DNA of 64,000 nucleotides from an uncultured Acidimicrobiales bacterium (GCA_943788915.1 CALSSD010000008.1:310001-374000); one strand, 5' to 3'. Shown: positions 19,303 through 31,716, counted from the first letter of the stretch. The notes: a model not told the origin generated them from the sequence alone. Numbers and translations are program-made.

Positions 19303-19328
19303 AACCCAGCCATTGGTGAACATGTTCC
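19303..19328 (-). promoter_or_regulatory. SigH/SigR-type promoter
   Basis: GGAAC-N18-GTT ending 10 nt before the redoxin-GNAT ATG. Confidence 0.65.
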
Positions 19329-19546
19329 CACCTTCTGAGGTTGTGTCGCTAGTCAGTTCGCGCCGAAGAAAAACCAACAAGGTCCGACATCCGACTGCAA
19401 CCAGCACGAGTGCCACCAAAAGAGTCTTGCCAATGAGTTTCCTGACGACTCGCCACGACCGATACCGTGCAGGAGTACTGCCGAGCTGTCTCGGCGGGCA
19501 CTGCCCGACTATGGGACAGCACCACATCAAGGACAAGGTTGAAACC

Positions 19547-20376
19547 ATGGCCGTAACGCAGCGTCCGCAAGACAAATTGCGCACGCCGAAACCGCTGAAG
19601 AAAGCTGCTCGGATAATTCTTCCGTGGCCGCTAAATCTCTACCAGACTGCCATTGGCAAAAAGTGGGTGATGGGTCTCACCGGCCTCGGCCTGGTCGGAT
19701 TTGTTGTTGCCCATATGATCGGCAACCTGCACCTGTACGAAGGTCAGATCGCCGTCGCCGAATACGCCCACAGCCTGCGCACGATCGCCGACGGCCTTCT
19801 GCCGGAAACCGCCGTGTTGTGGGTGCTGCGCCTTGGCCTCATTTCCATGTTCGGCCTGCACATTCATTCAGCAGTCACGCTCACTCGCATGAATCAGGTG
19901 GCCAACTCCGCCTATCAGGCGCCCCGCGACTATGCGAAGGCCAACTTCGCCAGCCGTACAACCCGCATCACCGGCCTGATCATCGCCGTGTTCGTCATCT
20001 GGCACCTGGCTGATCTCACCTGGGGCTTCACCGACGGCTTCATGGGCTGGCAAGGCGACGGCTTCAACCACGGCGACCCATTGTGGAACGTCGATCAGTC
20101 AATGTCGAACATCGTGATCGCCCTTTGGTACATGATCGCAACCGTCGCTGTGGCAGTGCACCTGTTCCACGGCATCGGGTCAGCGTTTACAAGCATCGGC
20201 ATTAACAGCCCCAAGATCACCCCACTCGTCAAACCCCTCGCTGCAGGAATCGCTGGTTTGGTTCTTGTCGGCAACCTGTTGTTCCCCATCATGGTGCAGG
20301 CTGGTGTTCTCGAAGCTGACACACCAGCAGACATCCACCAACTGATCGAAGACGGCTTCCCCCACGGAGAAAACGA

Positions 20377-20380
<4 letters not shown>
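19547..20380 (+). CDS. sdhC: Succinate dehydrogenase cytochrome b subunit
   Basis: [17 protein letters not shown], several TM His residues; upstream of sdhA. Confidence 0.92.
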
Positions 20381-22317
<1,937 letters not shown>

Positions 22318-22329
22318 GCGGAGAGAACC

Positions 22330-23109
22330 ATGACTGAAGAAACACTGCACATCACGCTGAAGGTCTGGCGCCAAGATGGCCCCGACGAACGGGGTCGCTT
22401 CGAGACCTACGATGCCCCCAACGTGGGCACCGACATGTCGTTCCTGGAAATGCTCGATGTCGTTAACGAGAATCTGAACGACGATGGCAAGGAACCCATC
22501 GCATTTGAGAGCGACTGTCGCGAAGGTATTTGCGGCACCTGCGATCTGATGATCGATGGCAAAGCGCACGGCCCCGAAAAGGGCACGGCAACCTGCCAGT
22601 TACACATGCGCAAGTACTCCGATGGCGACACCATCGTGATCGAACCGTTCCGTGCGGCATCGTTCCCGATCATCAAGGATCTTGCGGTCAATCGCTCGGC
22701 CCTCGATGCCATCGTCATGGCCGGTGGCTACATCTCGGTCAACACCGGGGCGGCACCCGACGCCAACCTGATCCCTGTTCCCAAAGAAGCGGCTGACCAG
22801 GCGTTCGACGCAGCAGCCTGTATTGGCTGCGGCGCCTGTGTTGCTGCCTGCCCAAACAGTGCAGCTCAGTTGTTCACTAGTGCCAAGATCCAGCACATGA
22901 ACCTGCTTCCGCAGGGTCAAGCTGAACGGTGGATGCGCACCGAAGCCATGGTTGAAACCATGGAAATGTTCTTCGGCAGCTGCACGAATCACGGCGAATG
23001 CCATGACGCGTGTCCGAAGGAGATCCCACTGGATCTGATTGCGTGGACCAACCGCGATTACATCAAGTCCAAGAACAAGAACCGCAAGCTGGCCGGCCAG
23101 AAGGGCTAA
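22330..23109 (+). CDS. sdhB: Succinate dehydrogenase/fumarate reductase iron-sulfur subunit
   Basis: CREGICGTC, CIGCGACVAACP, CTNHGECHDACP. Confidence 0.96.
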   Translation: MTEETLHITLKVWRQDGPDERGRFETYDAPNVGTDMSFLEMLDVVNENLNDDGKEPIAFESDCREGICGTCDLMIDGKAHGPEKGTATCQLHMRKYSDGDTIVIEPFRAASFPIIKDLAVNRSALDAIVMAGGYISVNTGAAPDANLIPVPKEAADQAFDAAACIGCGACVAACPNSAAQLFTSAKIQHMNLLPQGQAERWMRTEAMVETMEMFFGSCTNHGECHDACPKEIPLDLIAWTNRDYIKSKNKNRKLAGQKG

Positions 23110-23317
23110 CACCAGCTCCGCTCAACCGGACGGATACAGACCTCGCATCTCGGCGGGATATCGGGCAGATTCTGCTCGATATCCCGCCGAGAGCGTTTTC
23201 AGCCGAGCGAGTGGTTAAACGGCGACCGGGTGTGCGGGTATTCTGGCTGCTCGGGGCGTCGACACAGGATCGAAGGCGAACGCACGATGAGCACAACAGA
23301 TTCGACGGCATACGGCG

Positions 23318-24660
23318 ATGACGTCCCAACTCGTCGACTGTTACTCGGGTAATCCGCTGCGGAACCCCACGATTCAGACCGACGAAACCTTCGTTGGAAC
23401 TCCGTGGCCAGACTTCAACGAATCAACCGTTGTTATCGTCGAGCCTGCCGCTGTCGACGTGACCGAGTTTGTACTGGTCGATGTCGCCGACGGCAACGAA
23501 TTCGTGCGACCGACTGGCTCTACTGGCGAGGCCGACCTCGCTGCAAACTCCACCACCGTCAGCCCCGAGGAAACGGCCGAATCTGCGGCCCCGACCCCCA
23601 CCGCTACTCCGGCACCAATCACCCGCGAGTTGAACATGGTGGGCCTCGTCGACGTGAACTCGACCATCAGTGCCGAGATCAGCCGCGACGACAACGAACT
23701 CATCTTTGAGTTCGACGCTTCACCCGGCGCCATGCTCCAACTAGATGTTGCCAACGATCGAGCAAGTGTCGGCACGATCGCGATCGAGCTCCGTCGCGAA
23801 GGAGTGCTGTTCGAGTTCTTTCGCGTTCCTGCTGGGGGTTCCGAGTCAGCAGACCTCACACTCGATCAAGAAAGCGGCGGCCGATACGAGGTGGTGGTTG
23901 CCGGCGGGCCCGCAGCATTCGACTTCGCTATTTCCTCCGAGATCCAGGACGATGCTGGCCAGGGCAGAGATGCGGGAGCTGACTTCGCAGACGCGCTCGA
24001 GATCGAAAGCGGTAGCCAGGTTGCTGGTCACCTTGCCAGTCTCGACGTGGCCGACACCTATGTGGTCGACCTGCAAGGTGCACCTGCGCTTGTGATGACT
24101 GCCCGAGCCGATCGTGACTCGGGGCGCGCCGCGTTCGAGCTCGAGATAGTCGGCGAGTCGATCACGTTCTTCCGGGTGAACCCGGCCGACGAGGTCGTCT
24201 ATGAGCGACTGTTCGGACCCGACGACGATGGCTGCTCGAAATCTATGTAACCGAGGCTCCGGCGAACTATGAGTTCGTCATCGAACTCGTAGCCCAGGAC
24301 GACGGTGGTAGTGGCGGTGATGCACCTGCCGAGTTGGCCGACGCACTACGGGTCGACGCTGACGGCGAGATCAGTGGCGAGGTCGGCCACCGCGACGAGG
24401 CCGACTATTACTTGTTCGATGCACCTAGCGACGACTTCACCTTGACGGTCGAGGTCGCGGCCGATGCCGATTCCCGAGTGGGTATTGACCTGCTCGACCC
24501 TGAAGGGAATCGGGTCGACTTCTTCCGAGTGCAACCGGGTGCCACGGGAACCATCACGGTGAACGAACCGGAGACCGCGGACGAGACTTACCGGCTTATC
24601 TTCACCGAAGGTCGAGGCAAGTACTCGGCGTTGATCGAATCGGTTTCGATCGACTCGTGA
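23318..24660 (+). CDS. Acidic extracellular-type protein: truncated DUF6777-like segment plus repeated PPC-like domains; frameshift near 24230
   Basis: CYSGNPL...GTPWPDF...FVRPTG; internal repeat QDDAGQGRDA/QDDGGSGGDA; reading continues (LLEIYVTEAP) after a 1-nt shift. Confidence 0.6.
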
Positions 24661-26114
24661 CACCCTCCGATCAGGAACTGCTGGAACAGGTCCTTCCTCG
24701 TTATGACATTCGAGCTGAGATCGGGCGCGGTGGTTGGGGTGTGGTCTACGAAGGATGGCATCGCGATCTAAAACGTCCCGTGGCCATCAAACAACTCCCA
24801 CATCAGCTCGGCAGCGACCCATCGGTACGCGATCGTTTCATCGCCGAGGCACAGCGGGTAGCCAGTCTCGAACATCCACACATCGTGCCCGTCTATGACT
24901 TCGCCGAACGCGACGGGCTTTACGTGATCGTTATGGAGCTGGCGAGCGGCGGGACCGTCTGGCAACGATTCAGCAACCAGGGTTTGACTGCCGAGGAAGC
25001 CGTAGGCACGGTGCTGGCCGCAGCTGCGGGTCTCCATCATGCTCACAGCCGGGGGTTGCTGCACCGGGATGTGAAACCCGACAATATGCTCTACAGCGCG
25101 TCGGGCACCGTAAAGATCGCCGACTTCGGTATCGCAAAATCGATGACCGGCACCCAGGCCGGTCGGCCAGCTACCGAAGGTGTCATTGGCACACCGGCGT
25201 ATATGGCACCCGAACAAGTCACCGGTGAACCCTTGTCCGCGGCAACCGACGTCTACGCACTGGCGTCGGTCCTCTACGAGCTGTTGTCGGGGCATCTGCC
25301 GTTCGCTGCGGACGCCGACGCGATCGCGCTGTTGTTCAAGCGGGTTCACGAACCACCACGACCGTTGCAGACGATGGCGCCCACCGTCTCACCAGCGATC
25401 GCGTCGGTCGTCGACCGAGCATTACAGCGTGACCCTTCCAACCGGCCGGCCGACGCCGAGCAGTTTGCCGTCGAGTTGGCAACCGCCGCGACCCAATCCT
25501 TCGGCGCGGGGTGGCTTGAGCGATCCACAATCACCGTCATGGGCTCGACCGCAGTAATCGCCGCGACCGAACGAACGTCGAGGGCCGGCCATTACGGAGA
25601 CAGCCCGTCGGCTACCGTCGTGATCCACCCCGACGAAACCGCCCGGCTTCGGCTCGGTGGTGTCTCGCCGAACCAACCCAGTCCCGTCCCCACGCAGAAC
25701 ACCGTGGCGACAGGTGCCGTAAACCCAGGTGACTTAGCGCCAGCGGATTCAGCTCCGGTGGCTGCAAAGTCCACGGCGATACGTCGATGGATACTCAGCG
25801 CGGGAGCTGCGACCGCAGCGGCAGCGATCATCGTCGCCTTCGTAGTGTTTGGCGGCAGCGACGGCAGTGACCAAAACCAGCAGCCTGGCGAAGAAACGTC
25901 AGCGGTAACCGCGGTTGAGCGGGCCGCGTTCGTCGACCAGTGCGAAGTCGGTGGTGTGGCGTCCGAACGATGTGTGTGTGCAGTGGACCGAGGAATCGAT
26001 CAACTCGATGCCGAGTTGTTCCGGACCGGGCTCGCAGTGATGCTCGACGATGGCCTGACCCTGGTGCCCGAGTTCGCCGAACTGTTCAATGCATGCATAG
26101 CCGACGGCTTCTGA
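24657..26114 (+). CDS. Transmembrane Ser/Thr protein kinase
   Basis: GRGGWG, VAIK, HRDVKPDN, DFG, GTPAYMAPE; one TM segment and a Cys-containing C-terminal domain. Confidence 0.95.
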   Translation: MTPSDQELLEQVLPRYDIRAEIGRGGWGVVYEGWHRDLKRPVAIKQLPHQLGSDPSVRDRFIAEAQRVASLEHPHIVPVYDFAERDGLYVIVMELASGGTVWQRFSNQGLTAEEAVGTVLAAAAGLHHAHSRGLLHRDVKPDNMLYSASGTVKIADFGIAKSMTGTQAGRPATEGVIGTPAYMAPEQVTGEPLSAATDVYALASVLYELLSGHLPFAADADAIALLFKRVHEPPRPLQTMAPTVSPAIASVVDRALQRDPSNRPADAEQFAVELATAATQSFGAGWLERSTITVMGSTAVIAATERTSRAGHYGDSPSATVVIHPDETARLRLGGVSPNQPSPVPTQNTVATGAVNPGDLAPADSAPVAAKSTAIRRWILSAGAATAAAAIIVAFVVFGGSDGSDQNQQPGEETSAVTAVERAAFVDQCEVGGVASERCVCAVDRGIDQLDAELFRTGLAVMLDDGLTLVPEFAELFNACIADGF

Positions 26115-26186
26115 GCTAACCCGAGTTGAAGTCGCAACGGTCGGCTCCAGGTGATCTCCATGTCATGTAGCTTCGAAAAATCGGTA

Positions 26187-26222
26187 CAGGCCCCGACCTC
26201 GCAGGTGCGAAATCGGGGCCTG
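26187..26222. terminator. GC-rich hairpin between convergent genes
   Basis: CAGGCCCCGA...TCGGGGCCTG. Confidence 0.65.
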
Positions 26223-26309
26223 GGTAGGAGGTAGAGCGCCTCGGCCGGCCTGCAACAGTCCGCCGGGAGGGGATCAGCAGTCAGCGCTGAAGCCAGCCGA
26301 GGTCGCTAC
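26223..26309 (-). ncRNA. Candidate 3'UTR structured RNA with C-rich loop
   Basis: Long hairpin CCTCGGCTGGC/GCCGGCCGAGG with loop ATCCCCTCC, followed by CCTCCTACCC; G-U pairs favour the minus strand. Confidence 0.4.
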
Positions 26310-26322
26310 GTCACAGCGCTGG

Positions 26323-26865
26323 TTATGCAGCTGGTGCTTCGCCACCGCCTCGAGGACCACGAGGACCGCGGGGGCCACGAGGACCACGTTCACCATCGCC
26401 ACGTTCACCCGGTGTTGCGTTGACACGTTCGGTCACCCGTTCGGCCAGACCTGCGATGCGTTCGTTCGCTTCTTCCTGGGTCAGGTGACCAGCGGCAACA
26501 TGTTCCTGGATGTGTGCGGTCTTGGACGCAACGATTGCGTCGACCACCGTCTCGATGGCCACGCCCTGATCGGCAGCAACGTCGGCGATACTCTGGCCGG
26601 CTTCGCGGGCTGCCTGCAGCACGTCTTCATCTACACCAAGCGAGTCGGTGAGAACGGCGATGTGTTCCGCACGGCGTTCGGCCCGGTTCTCCTGCCGTTC
26701 GGCCCGGCGGGCTTCGCGTTCTTCTTGCGTTGGCGCATCTTGTGTCACATCTTGAGCATCGGCGATGTTCGGTACGGCAACGGTGGCTCCCAGAGCGGTG
26801 AGACCAATAAGGCCTGCGGCAATTGCCTTCTTCATCCGCTCGCTCGTGGCTTGTGACATCTTCAT
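26323..26865 (-). CDS. Secreted helical protein with GPR-repeat tail
   Basis: Signal-like KKAIAAGLIGLTALGATVAV..ADA; GQSIADVAADQGV, GHLTQEEANE; (GPR)4. Confidence 0.8.
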   Translation of the reverse strand: MKMSQATSERMKKAIAAGLIGLTALGATVAVPNIADAQDVTQDAPTQEEREARRAERQENRAERRAEHIAVLTDSLGVDEDVLQAAREAGQSIADVAADQGVAIETVVDAIVASKTAHIQEHVAAGHLTQEEANERIAGLAERVTERVNATPGERGDGERGPRGPRGPRGPRGGGEAPAA

Positions 26866-26971
26866 TTTGTCTATCCATTCTCCGGCTCGTGGCCGGTGTT
26901 CCTTGGGCACAAAGACAATGGTGCCGACCGAAAAATAAGCATCTGTATGGCATGTGTAAGAGTTTCGGCAA

Positions 26972-26997
26972 ACCGGGTAAGGACTTTCTTACCCGGT
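26972..26997. promoter_or_regulatory. Inverted repeat in a divergent promoter region
   Basis: ACCGGGTAAG-gacttt-CTTACCCGGT. Confidence 0.5.
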
Positions 26998-27061
26998 CCT
27001 GGCCCTATGTCACAGGAAACGATCAGGGCTGCCGGACACCCAAACGCATAGGGTGGAGCTA

Positions 27062-28351
27062 ATGCAACAGATGAACCCGGTGTGGCGGGCGCGCAATAAT
27101 CTGCGCCAGTTCCACGGGTGGCGAGTCTCGCTGGCGGGTTCGGTCATATGGGCGCTACAGAGCCTGGTGTGGTCTCAGGGTTACGGCAACATCGCAGTGG
27201 TTCTCGAGAAACAATTCGGTTGGTCCAAGACATTCCTCGCCTTCGGTGCTTCATTACGAAGTGCCGAGGCTGCCGTACTTGGTGTGCCCCTTGGTGTTGC
27301 CCTCAAGCGTTACAACATCAAACTCATCATGCGAGCCGGTGCTGTGGCCCAAACCGTCGGCTTTCTGATCTTGTCCCAGATCCAGAACCAGGCCGGTTTC
27401 ATCGTTGCCGTTGCAGTCATCACCATTGGCGCAACACTCGCCGGCTTCTTGACTATCACCGCCACCGTGGTGGGGTGGTTTGAACGCAAACGTGCCCGAG
27501 CCTTGTCCTTCAGCTCCATGGGGTTTGCCGTCGGCGGTGTTTGCGGGCCGCTCATGGTGTGGGGTTTCCGGGTCTTTGGCTGGCGATGGACTGTCGCGGT
27601 CGCTGGCACAGTTCTTGGTGCTGCTGTGTGGACACTGGCCGGCACCATGGGTGTGCGTCGCGAAGACACCGGTGAACACGTCGACGGCGTAGACCCACTC
27701 GACATCGTCAAAGGGCCACGGGCCGAAGGTGTTCAGGACGCCCACTTCACGACCGGCGAAGCCGTACGCACCCACTCATTCTGGATGATCGCGTTGGGCC
27801 ATGGATCCGCGCTGCTGGTCGTAAGCAGCGTGATCACCCTCCTCCCGCTCTATCTCACCGAAGACCGTGGTTTCTCCGCCGGTAAGGCCGCGCTGATCGC
27901 AGGCATCGTTCCCTTGTTCCAGTTCATTGGAACCTTCACCGGCGGCTATCTGGGTGATCGGTTCAACAAAAGGCTTATAGCCGGTACCGCGATGTTGATG
28001 CACGGCTCTGGACTGTTGGTCATGGTGTACTTCGATAGTTGGATCACCATTGGTGTCTTCGTTGTTCTGCACGGCCTGGCGTGGGGTGCCCGTGGACCCC
28101 AGATGGCAGCGCTTCGAGCCGACTATTTTGGGTCGAGCTCGTTCGGACCGATCATGGGTATCTCATCACTCATCATCACCGTGTTCGCGGTAGCGGGCCC
28201 GGTGCTCGCTGGATTCCTGGCTGATCGAACCGGCGACTTCAAGCTTGGGTTCACGATCTTGTCGCTGGGCACAATTGTTGGCTTTGTCTTCTTCGTGTTT
28301 GCGACGCCGCCAAAACGCATTCCGGCATCAGCTATTCACTCGCCGACATAG
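27062..28351 (+). CDS. MFS transporter
   Basis: About 12 hydrophobic segments, WFERKRARA, GYLGDRFNKR. Confidence 0.92.
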   Translation: MQQMNPVWRARNNLRQFHGWRVSLAGSVIWALQSLVWSQGYGNIAVVLEKQFGWSKTFLAFGASLRSAEAAVLGVPLGVALKRYNIKLIMRAGAVAQTVGFLILSQIQNQAGFIVAVAVITIGATLAGFLTITATVVGWFERKRARALSFSSMGFAVGGVCGPLMVWGFRVFGWRWTVAVAGTVLGAAVWTLAGTMGVRREDTGEHVDGVDPLDIVKGPRAEGVQDAHFTTGEAVRTHSFWMIALGHGSALLVVSSVITLLPLYLTEDRGFSAGKAALIAGIVPLFQFIGTFTGGYLGDRFNKRLIAGTAMLMHGSGLLVMVYFDSWITIGVFVVLHGLAWGARGPQMAALRADYFGSSSFGPIMGISSLIITVFAVAGPVLAGFLADRTGDFKLGFTILSLGTIVGFVFFVFATPPKRIPASAIHSPT

Positions 28352-28368
28352 GCAAATATAGGTGCACC

Positions 28369-29280
28369 GTGAACCCTAAAGACTTCCTTGGCCACACCGT
28401 GCGCGGCTTTGCCATGGGCGCAGCCGACATCGTGCCTGGCGTCAGCGGCGGCACCATCGCGCTGATCCTTGGCGTCTACGAACGGCTACTGGCCTCGATC
28501 CGCACGGGCGCTCGTTCGCTCGGCCGACTGGCCCAGGGTGATGTCAGCGGGTTTATCGAACAGTTCAAATCGATCGAGTGGCCATTCATCATTCCCCTCG
28601 GGACCGGCATCGTGGCTGCATTCCTGGTGTTGTCGTCGGTGCTCGATCGTCTGCTCATCGAGGAGCCCGAAGCCATGGCCGGACTGTTCTTCGGGCTGGT
28701 GGTGGCGTCCATTTTTGTGGCATGGCAGTTGCTCTCGAATCGCGATCCTGGTCGTATGGCGGTCCTTGTGGCTGTTGCAGTCGTGGCATTTTTTGTGCTC
28801 GGTCTGAAGTCAGGTTCGGTATCTGATCCCAGTGCCATCGCATTCTTTTTCACTGGGGCCATCGCCATCTGCGCCATGATCCTTCCCGGCATCAGCGGAT
28901 CGTTCCTGATGTTGATGCTCGGTATGTACGCGGCATTCGTTGGTGCGGTACACGATCGAGAGATCACCAACCTGCTGTTCTTTGTGCTTGGTGCGCTCGC
29001 TGGCCTGGCAGCATTCAGCACGCTGCTGTGGTGGATCCTCGAGCATCATCGCGACACCCTGTTGGCCGCACTCATTGGTCTCATGGCTGGTTCCCTGCGG
29101 GTGTTGTGGCCGTGGCCAAACGGCGTTGGAACCATCGAGGACGACGCCACCGAACAGATCAGCGGCACCACCATTGATCTACCCGACGACTTCGGCCAAG
29201 CCTGGTTGCCCATCGTGCTTGCGGTCGTTGCCTATGCAGTCGTAACCGGTCTGAACCGATTCACTCCTGCCCCAAGCTGA
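28369..29280 (+). CDS. DUF368 family membrane protein
   Basis: MGAADIVPGVSGGTIA, AMILPGISGS. Confidence 0.92.
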   Translation: MNPKDFLGHTVRGFAMGAADIVPGVSGGTIALILGVYERLLASIRTGARSLGRLAQGDVSGFIEQFKSIEWPFIIPLGTGIVAAFLVLSSVLDRLLIEEPEAMAGLFFGLVVASIFVAWQLLSNRDPGRMAVLVAVAVVAFFVLGLKSGSVSDPSAIAFFFTGAIAICAMILPGISGSFLMLMLGMYAAFVGAVHDREITNLLFFVLGALAGLAAFSTLLWWILEHHRDTLLAALIGLMAGSLRVLWPWPNGVGTIEDDATEQISGTTIDLPDDFGQAWLPIVLAVVAYAVVTGLNRFTPAPS

Positions 29281-29312
29281 CCACAGCGGGGCCGGTTTGA
29301 GTTTGGTTACCT

Positions 29313-30026
29313 TCAACAGCGTTGCGCAGCCGCGGCATCGACGACCACCGTTGTGTTGGGGTGTCGCTGTAGAGCACTGACGGGAACAGCTTCGGTAACT
29401 GGTCCTTGTATCGCGGCGGCAATGGCATCAGCCTTGTGCACTCCTGTCGCCAACAAGATGATCTGGCGAGCCTCAAGAATCGTGCCGATGCCCTGCGTCA
29501 GGGCAGACGCCGGCACCAGGTCGATCGAGCCGAACGCGGTGGCATTGTCATTTCGGGTTGTTTCGGTGAGTTGGATCGACCTGGTCCGAGATAGGTGCGA
29601 CGACCCTGGTTCGTTAAAGCCGATATGACCATTCCGGCCCACACCCAACAGTTGTAGATCGATGCCACCAAGTGCACGGATCGAGTCTTCGAACCCAGCG
29701 CACGTAGCGGCCGGATCGGTGGCCAGACCATCGAGCGAGTACAGCCGACTCGGATCAAGGCCGATCGGGTCGGTGAATGTCGTTTGGATCTGATGCCTGA
29801 AGCTTTGGTCATCAGTTCCGCTGAGACCCACATATTCATCAAGCAACACGGCCGCGGCTTGATCGACAATCGGGTGCCGTTCACAGACAAGCCGGTAGGC
29901 AAGCTCAGGGGTACGCCCAGCGGCAAGGCCAAGCACGGCGTTTGGTTTCGTCGCGAGCAGCTTCTCAAAGTTGTCGGCAACAAACTGGGCGGCGTCGGCG
30001 GCGGTTGGTAGAACAACGATTCTCAT
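29313..30026 (-). CDS. nagB: Glucosamine-6-phosphate deaminase
   Basis: LDEYVGL, GRNGHIGFNEPG, TQGIGTI, PVSALQRHP. Confidence 0.9.
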   Translation of the reverse strand: MRIVVLPTAADAAQFVADNFEKLLATKPNAVLGLAAGRTPELAYRLVCERHPIVDQAAAVLLDEYVGLSGTDDQSFRHQIQTTFTDPIGLDPSRLYSLDGLATDPAATCAGFEDSIRALGGIDLQLLGVGRNGHIGFNEPGSSHLSRTRSIQLTETTRNDNATAFGSIDLVPASALTQGIGTILEARQIILLATGVHKADAIAAAIQGPVTEAVPVSALQRHPNTTVVVDAAAAQRC

Positions 30027-30096
30027 AGTCGCCTATCGGTTCTCGCAGGTCGGGGCCAAGGCTGACTGTGACGGTAACCCGTCGTACACTCCGCCA

Positions 30097-31716
30097 ATGG
30101 CAGTGACGACCACGGGGTTGCCGGGAGGCGGTGAACCTGACTCGGGCTGGTGGCACGGTGCGGTTGGTTATTGCCTGTACATCCGATCGTTCGCCGATTC
30201 CGATGGCGACGGCATCGGTGACCTTGGCGGCGCCATTGCCCATCTCGATCATCTCGAGGCACTTGGTGTTGACCTGATGTGGATCACACCGTTCTTCGCG
30301 TCGCCGATGGCAGATTTCGGCTACGACGTATCGGACTACTGCGCGGTCGATCCGATGTATGGGGACATGGACGACCTTGATCGGTTGGTGACCGATGCCC
30401 ACGCCCGGGGTATCCGGGTCATTCTCGACCTCGTTCCCAATCACACCAGCATCGAGCACCCATGGTTCACCCAATCCCGCACCTCGCTGACCAGTGACTT
30501 CCGAGACCACTACATCTGGGCTGACCCCGGTGCCAATGGAGGCCCGCCAAACAACTGGGTCAGTTACTTCGGTGGGCCTGCCTGGACGTTTGACGACAAG
30601 ACCGGTCAGTACTACCTCCATCTCTTCCTGCCAGACCAGCCTGACCTGAACTGGCGCAACCCTCGGGTCCAAGACGAATTCGATCAGATTCTGCGGTTCT
30701 GGCTCAATAAGAACATCGACGGCTTCCGGATCGATGTCGCCCAAGGATTGGTCAAGGACGCAAGGCTGCGCAGTAATCCGAATCGCACACCGTGGGATCC
30801 GCACACAACGCGCCACGAACAGTGGGACGCATTCGAACACCGTTACGACATCGGTCAACCCGAGACACTCACGCTGTTCGAGCGGTGGCGAGCGATCTGC
30901 ACCGACTACGACGCGGTCCTCATTGGTGAAACCTCGGTTGGCGATGCCAATGCATTCGCCGCTCTTCTGCCAGGTGGGGGCCTGCACGTTGGTTGCTGGT
31001 TCGAACCGATGCACATCGAATGGAACACCGACCAACTACGCCGAGCCATAACCGAACCACTCGCGGCCGTTGCCGATCCAGCATCAATCGGATGGATGGC
31101 TTCGAGCCTCGACGAGGACCGGGCCGCCACCCGGTTCGGCTCCCACAACCTCGGCCGGCAACGGGCACTCGCGCTGGCGACCGTGCTCTTCTGCCTGCCA
31201 GGTGTGCCTTTCTTGTACCAAGGCGAAGAACTCGGCCTGGTGAACGGCGTGGTCGGTGCCGACCGGCGGGCGGATCCCGTCGGCGACGATGTGACACAAA
31301 GTCGAGACGGGTGCCGGACGCCGATGCCGTGGGCCCCCGGTCCAACGTTGGGGTTCTCAGACGCCGCTGAAACCTGGCTGCCAACCGCGGGGAGGACCGA
31401 CGACGAGACCGCCTCGGTACAACGCTCGCAACCAGATAGATGGTTCCACCACTATCGGAAACTGGCTGCCCTCCGTCGGAACACACCCATGCTCCACGGC
31501 TCGAGTTGGGAATGGCTCACGGTGAGCAACGACGCAGTCGCGTTCCGGCGTGGACCGCTTTGTGTGGTGGTCAATATGGGTGCGACCGACCTGGTTGTGT
31601 CGCTCTCTGGCACGGTGCTGTTCGACACCCACAACACCGTCGACTCACCCACGACCCGGTTCACACTCGCACCAGCCCAAGCTGTCATCCTTGCTTCGGA
31701 CTCTGTCGAGAGCTGA
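30097..31716 (+). CDS. GH13 alpha-glucosidase-like protein
   Basis: SFADSDGDGIGDL, DLVPNHTS, PNNW, QPDLNW, GFRIDV, GET, YQGEELG, RDGCRTPMPW. Confidence 0.92.
   Translation: MAVTTTGLPGGGEPDSGWWHGAVGYCLYIRSFADSDGDGIGDLGGAIAHLDHLEALGVDLMWITPFFASPMADFGYDVSDYCAVDPMYGDMDDLDRLVTDAHARGIRVILDLVPNHTSIEHPWFTQSRTSLTSDFRDHYIWADPGANGGPPNNWVSYFGGPAWTFDDKTGQYYLHLFLPDQPDLNWRNPRVQDEFDQILRFWLNKNIDGFRIDVAQGLVKDARLRSNPNRTPWDPHTTRHEQWDAFEHRYDIGQPETLTLFERWRAICTDYDAVLIGETSVGDANAFAALLPGGGLHVGCWFEPMHIEWNTDQLRRAITEPLAAVADPASIGWMASSLDEDRAATRFGSHNLGRQRALALATVLFCLPGVPFLYQGEELGLVNGVVGADRRADPVGDDVTQSRDGCRTPMPWAPGPTLGFSDAAETWLPTAGRTDDETASVQRSQPDRWFHHYRKLAALRRNTPMLHGSSWEWLTVSNDAVAFRRGPLCVVVNMGATDLVVSLSGTVLFDTHNTVDSPTTRFTLAPAQAVILASDSVES

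Noticed and set aside
19340..19460. Lipoprotein-signal-like stretch (KTLLVALVLVAVGC) upstream of sdhC on the minus strand
   Set aside because: No clear start codon or downstream domain; cannot be supported
26348..26388. (GPR)4 collagen-like repeat
   Set aside because: Too short; ordinary low-complexity tail
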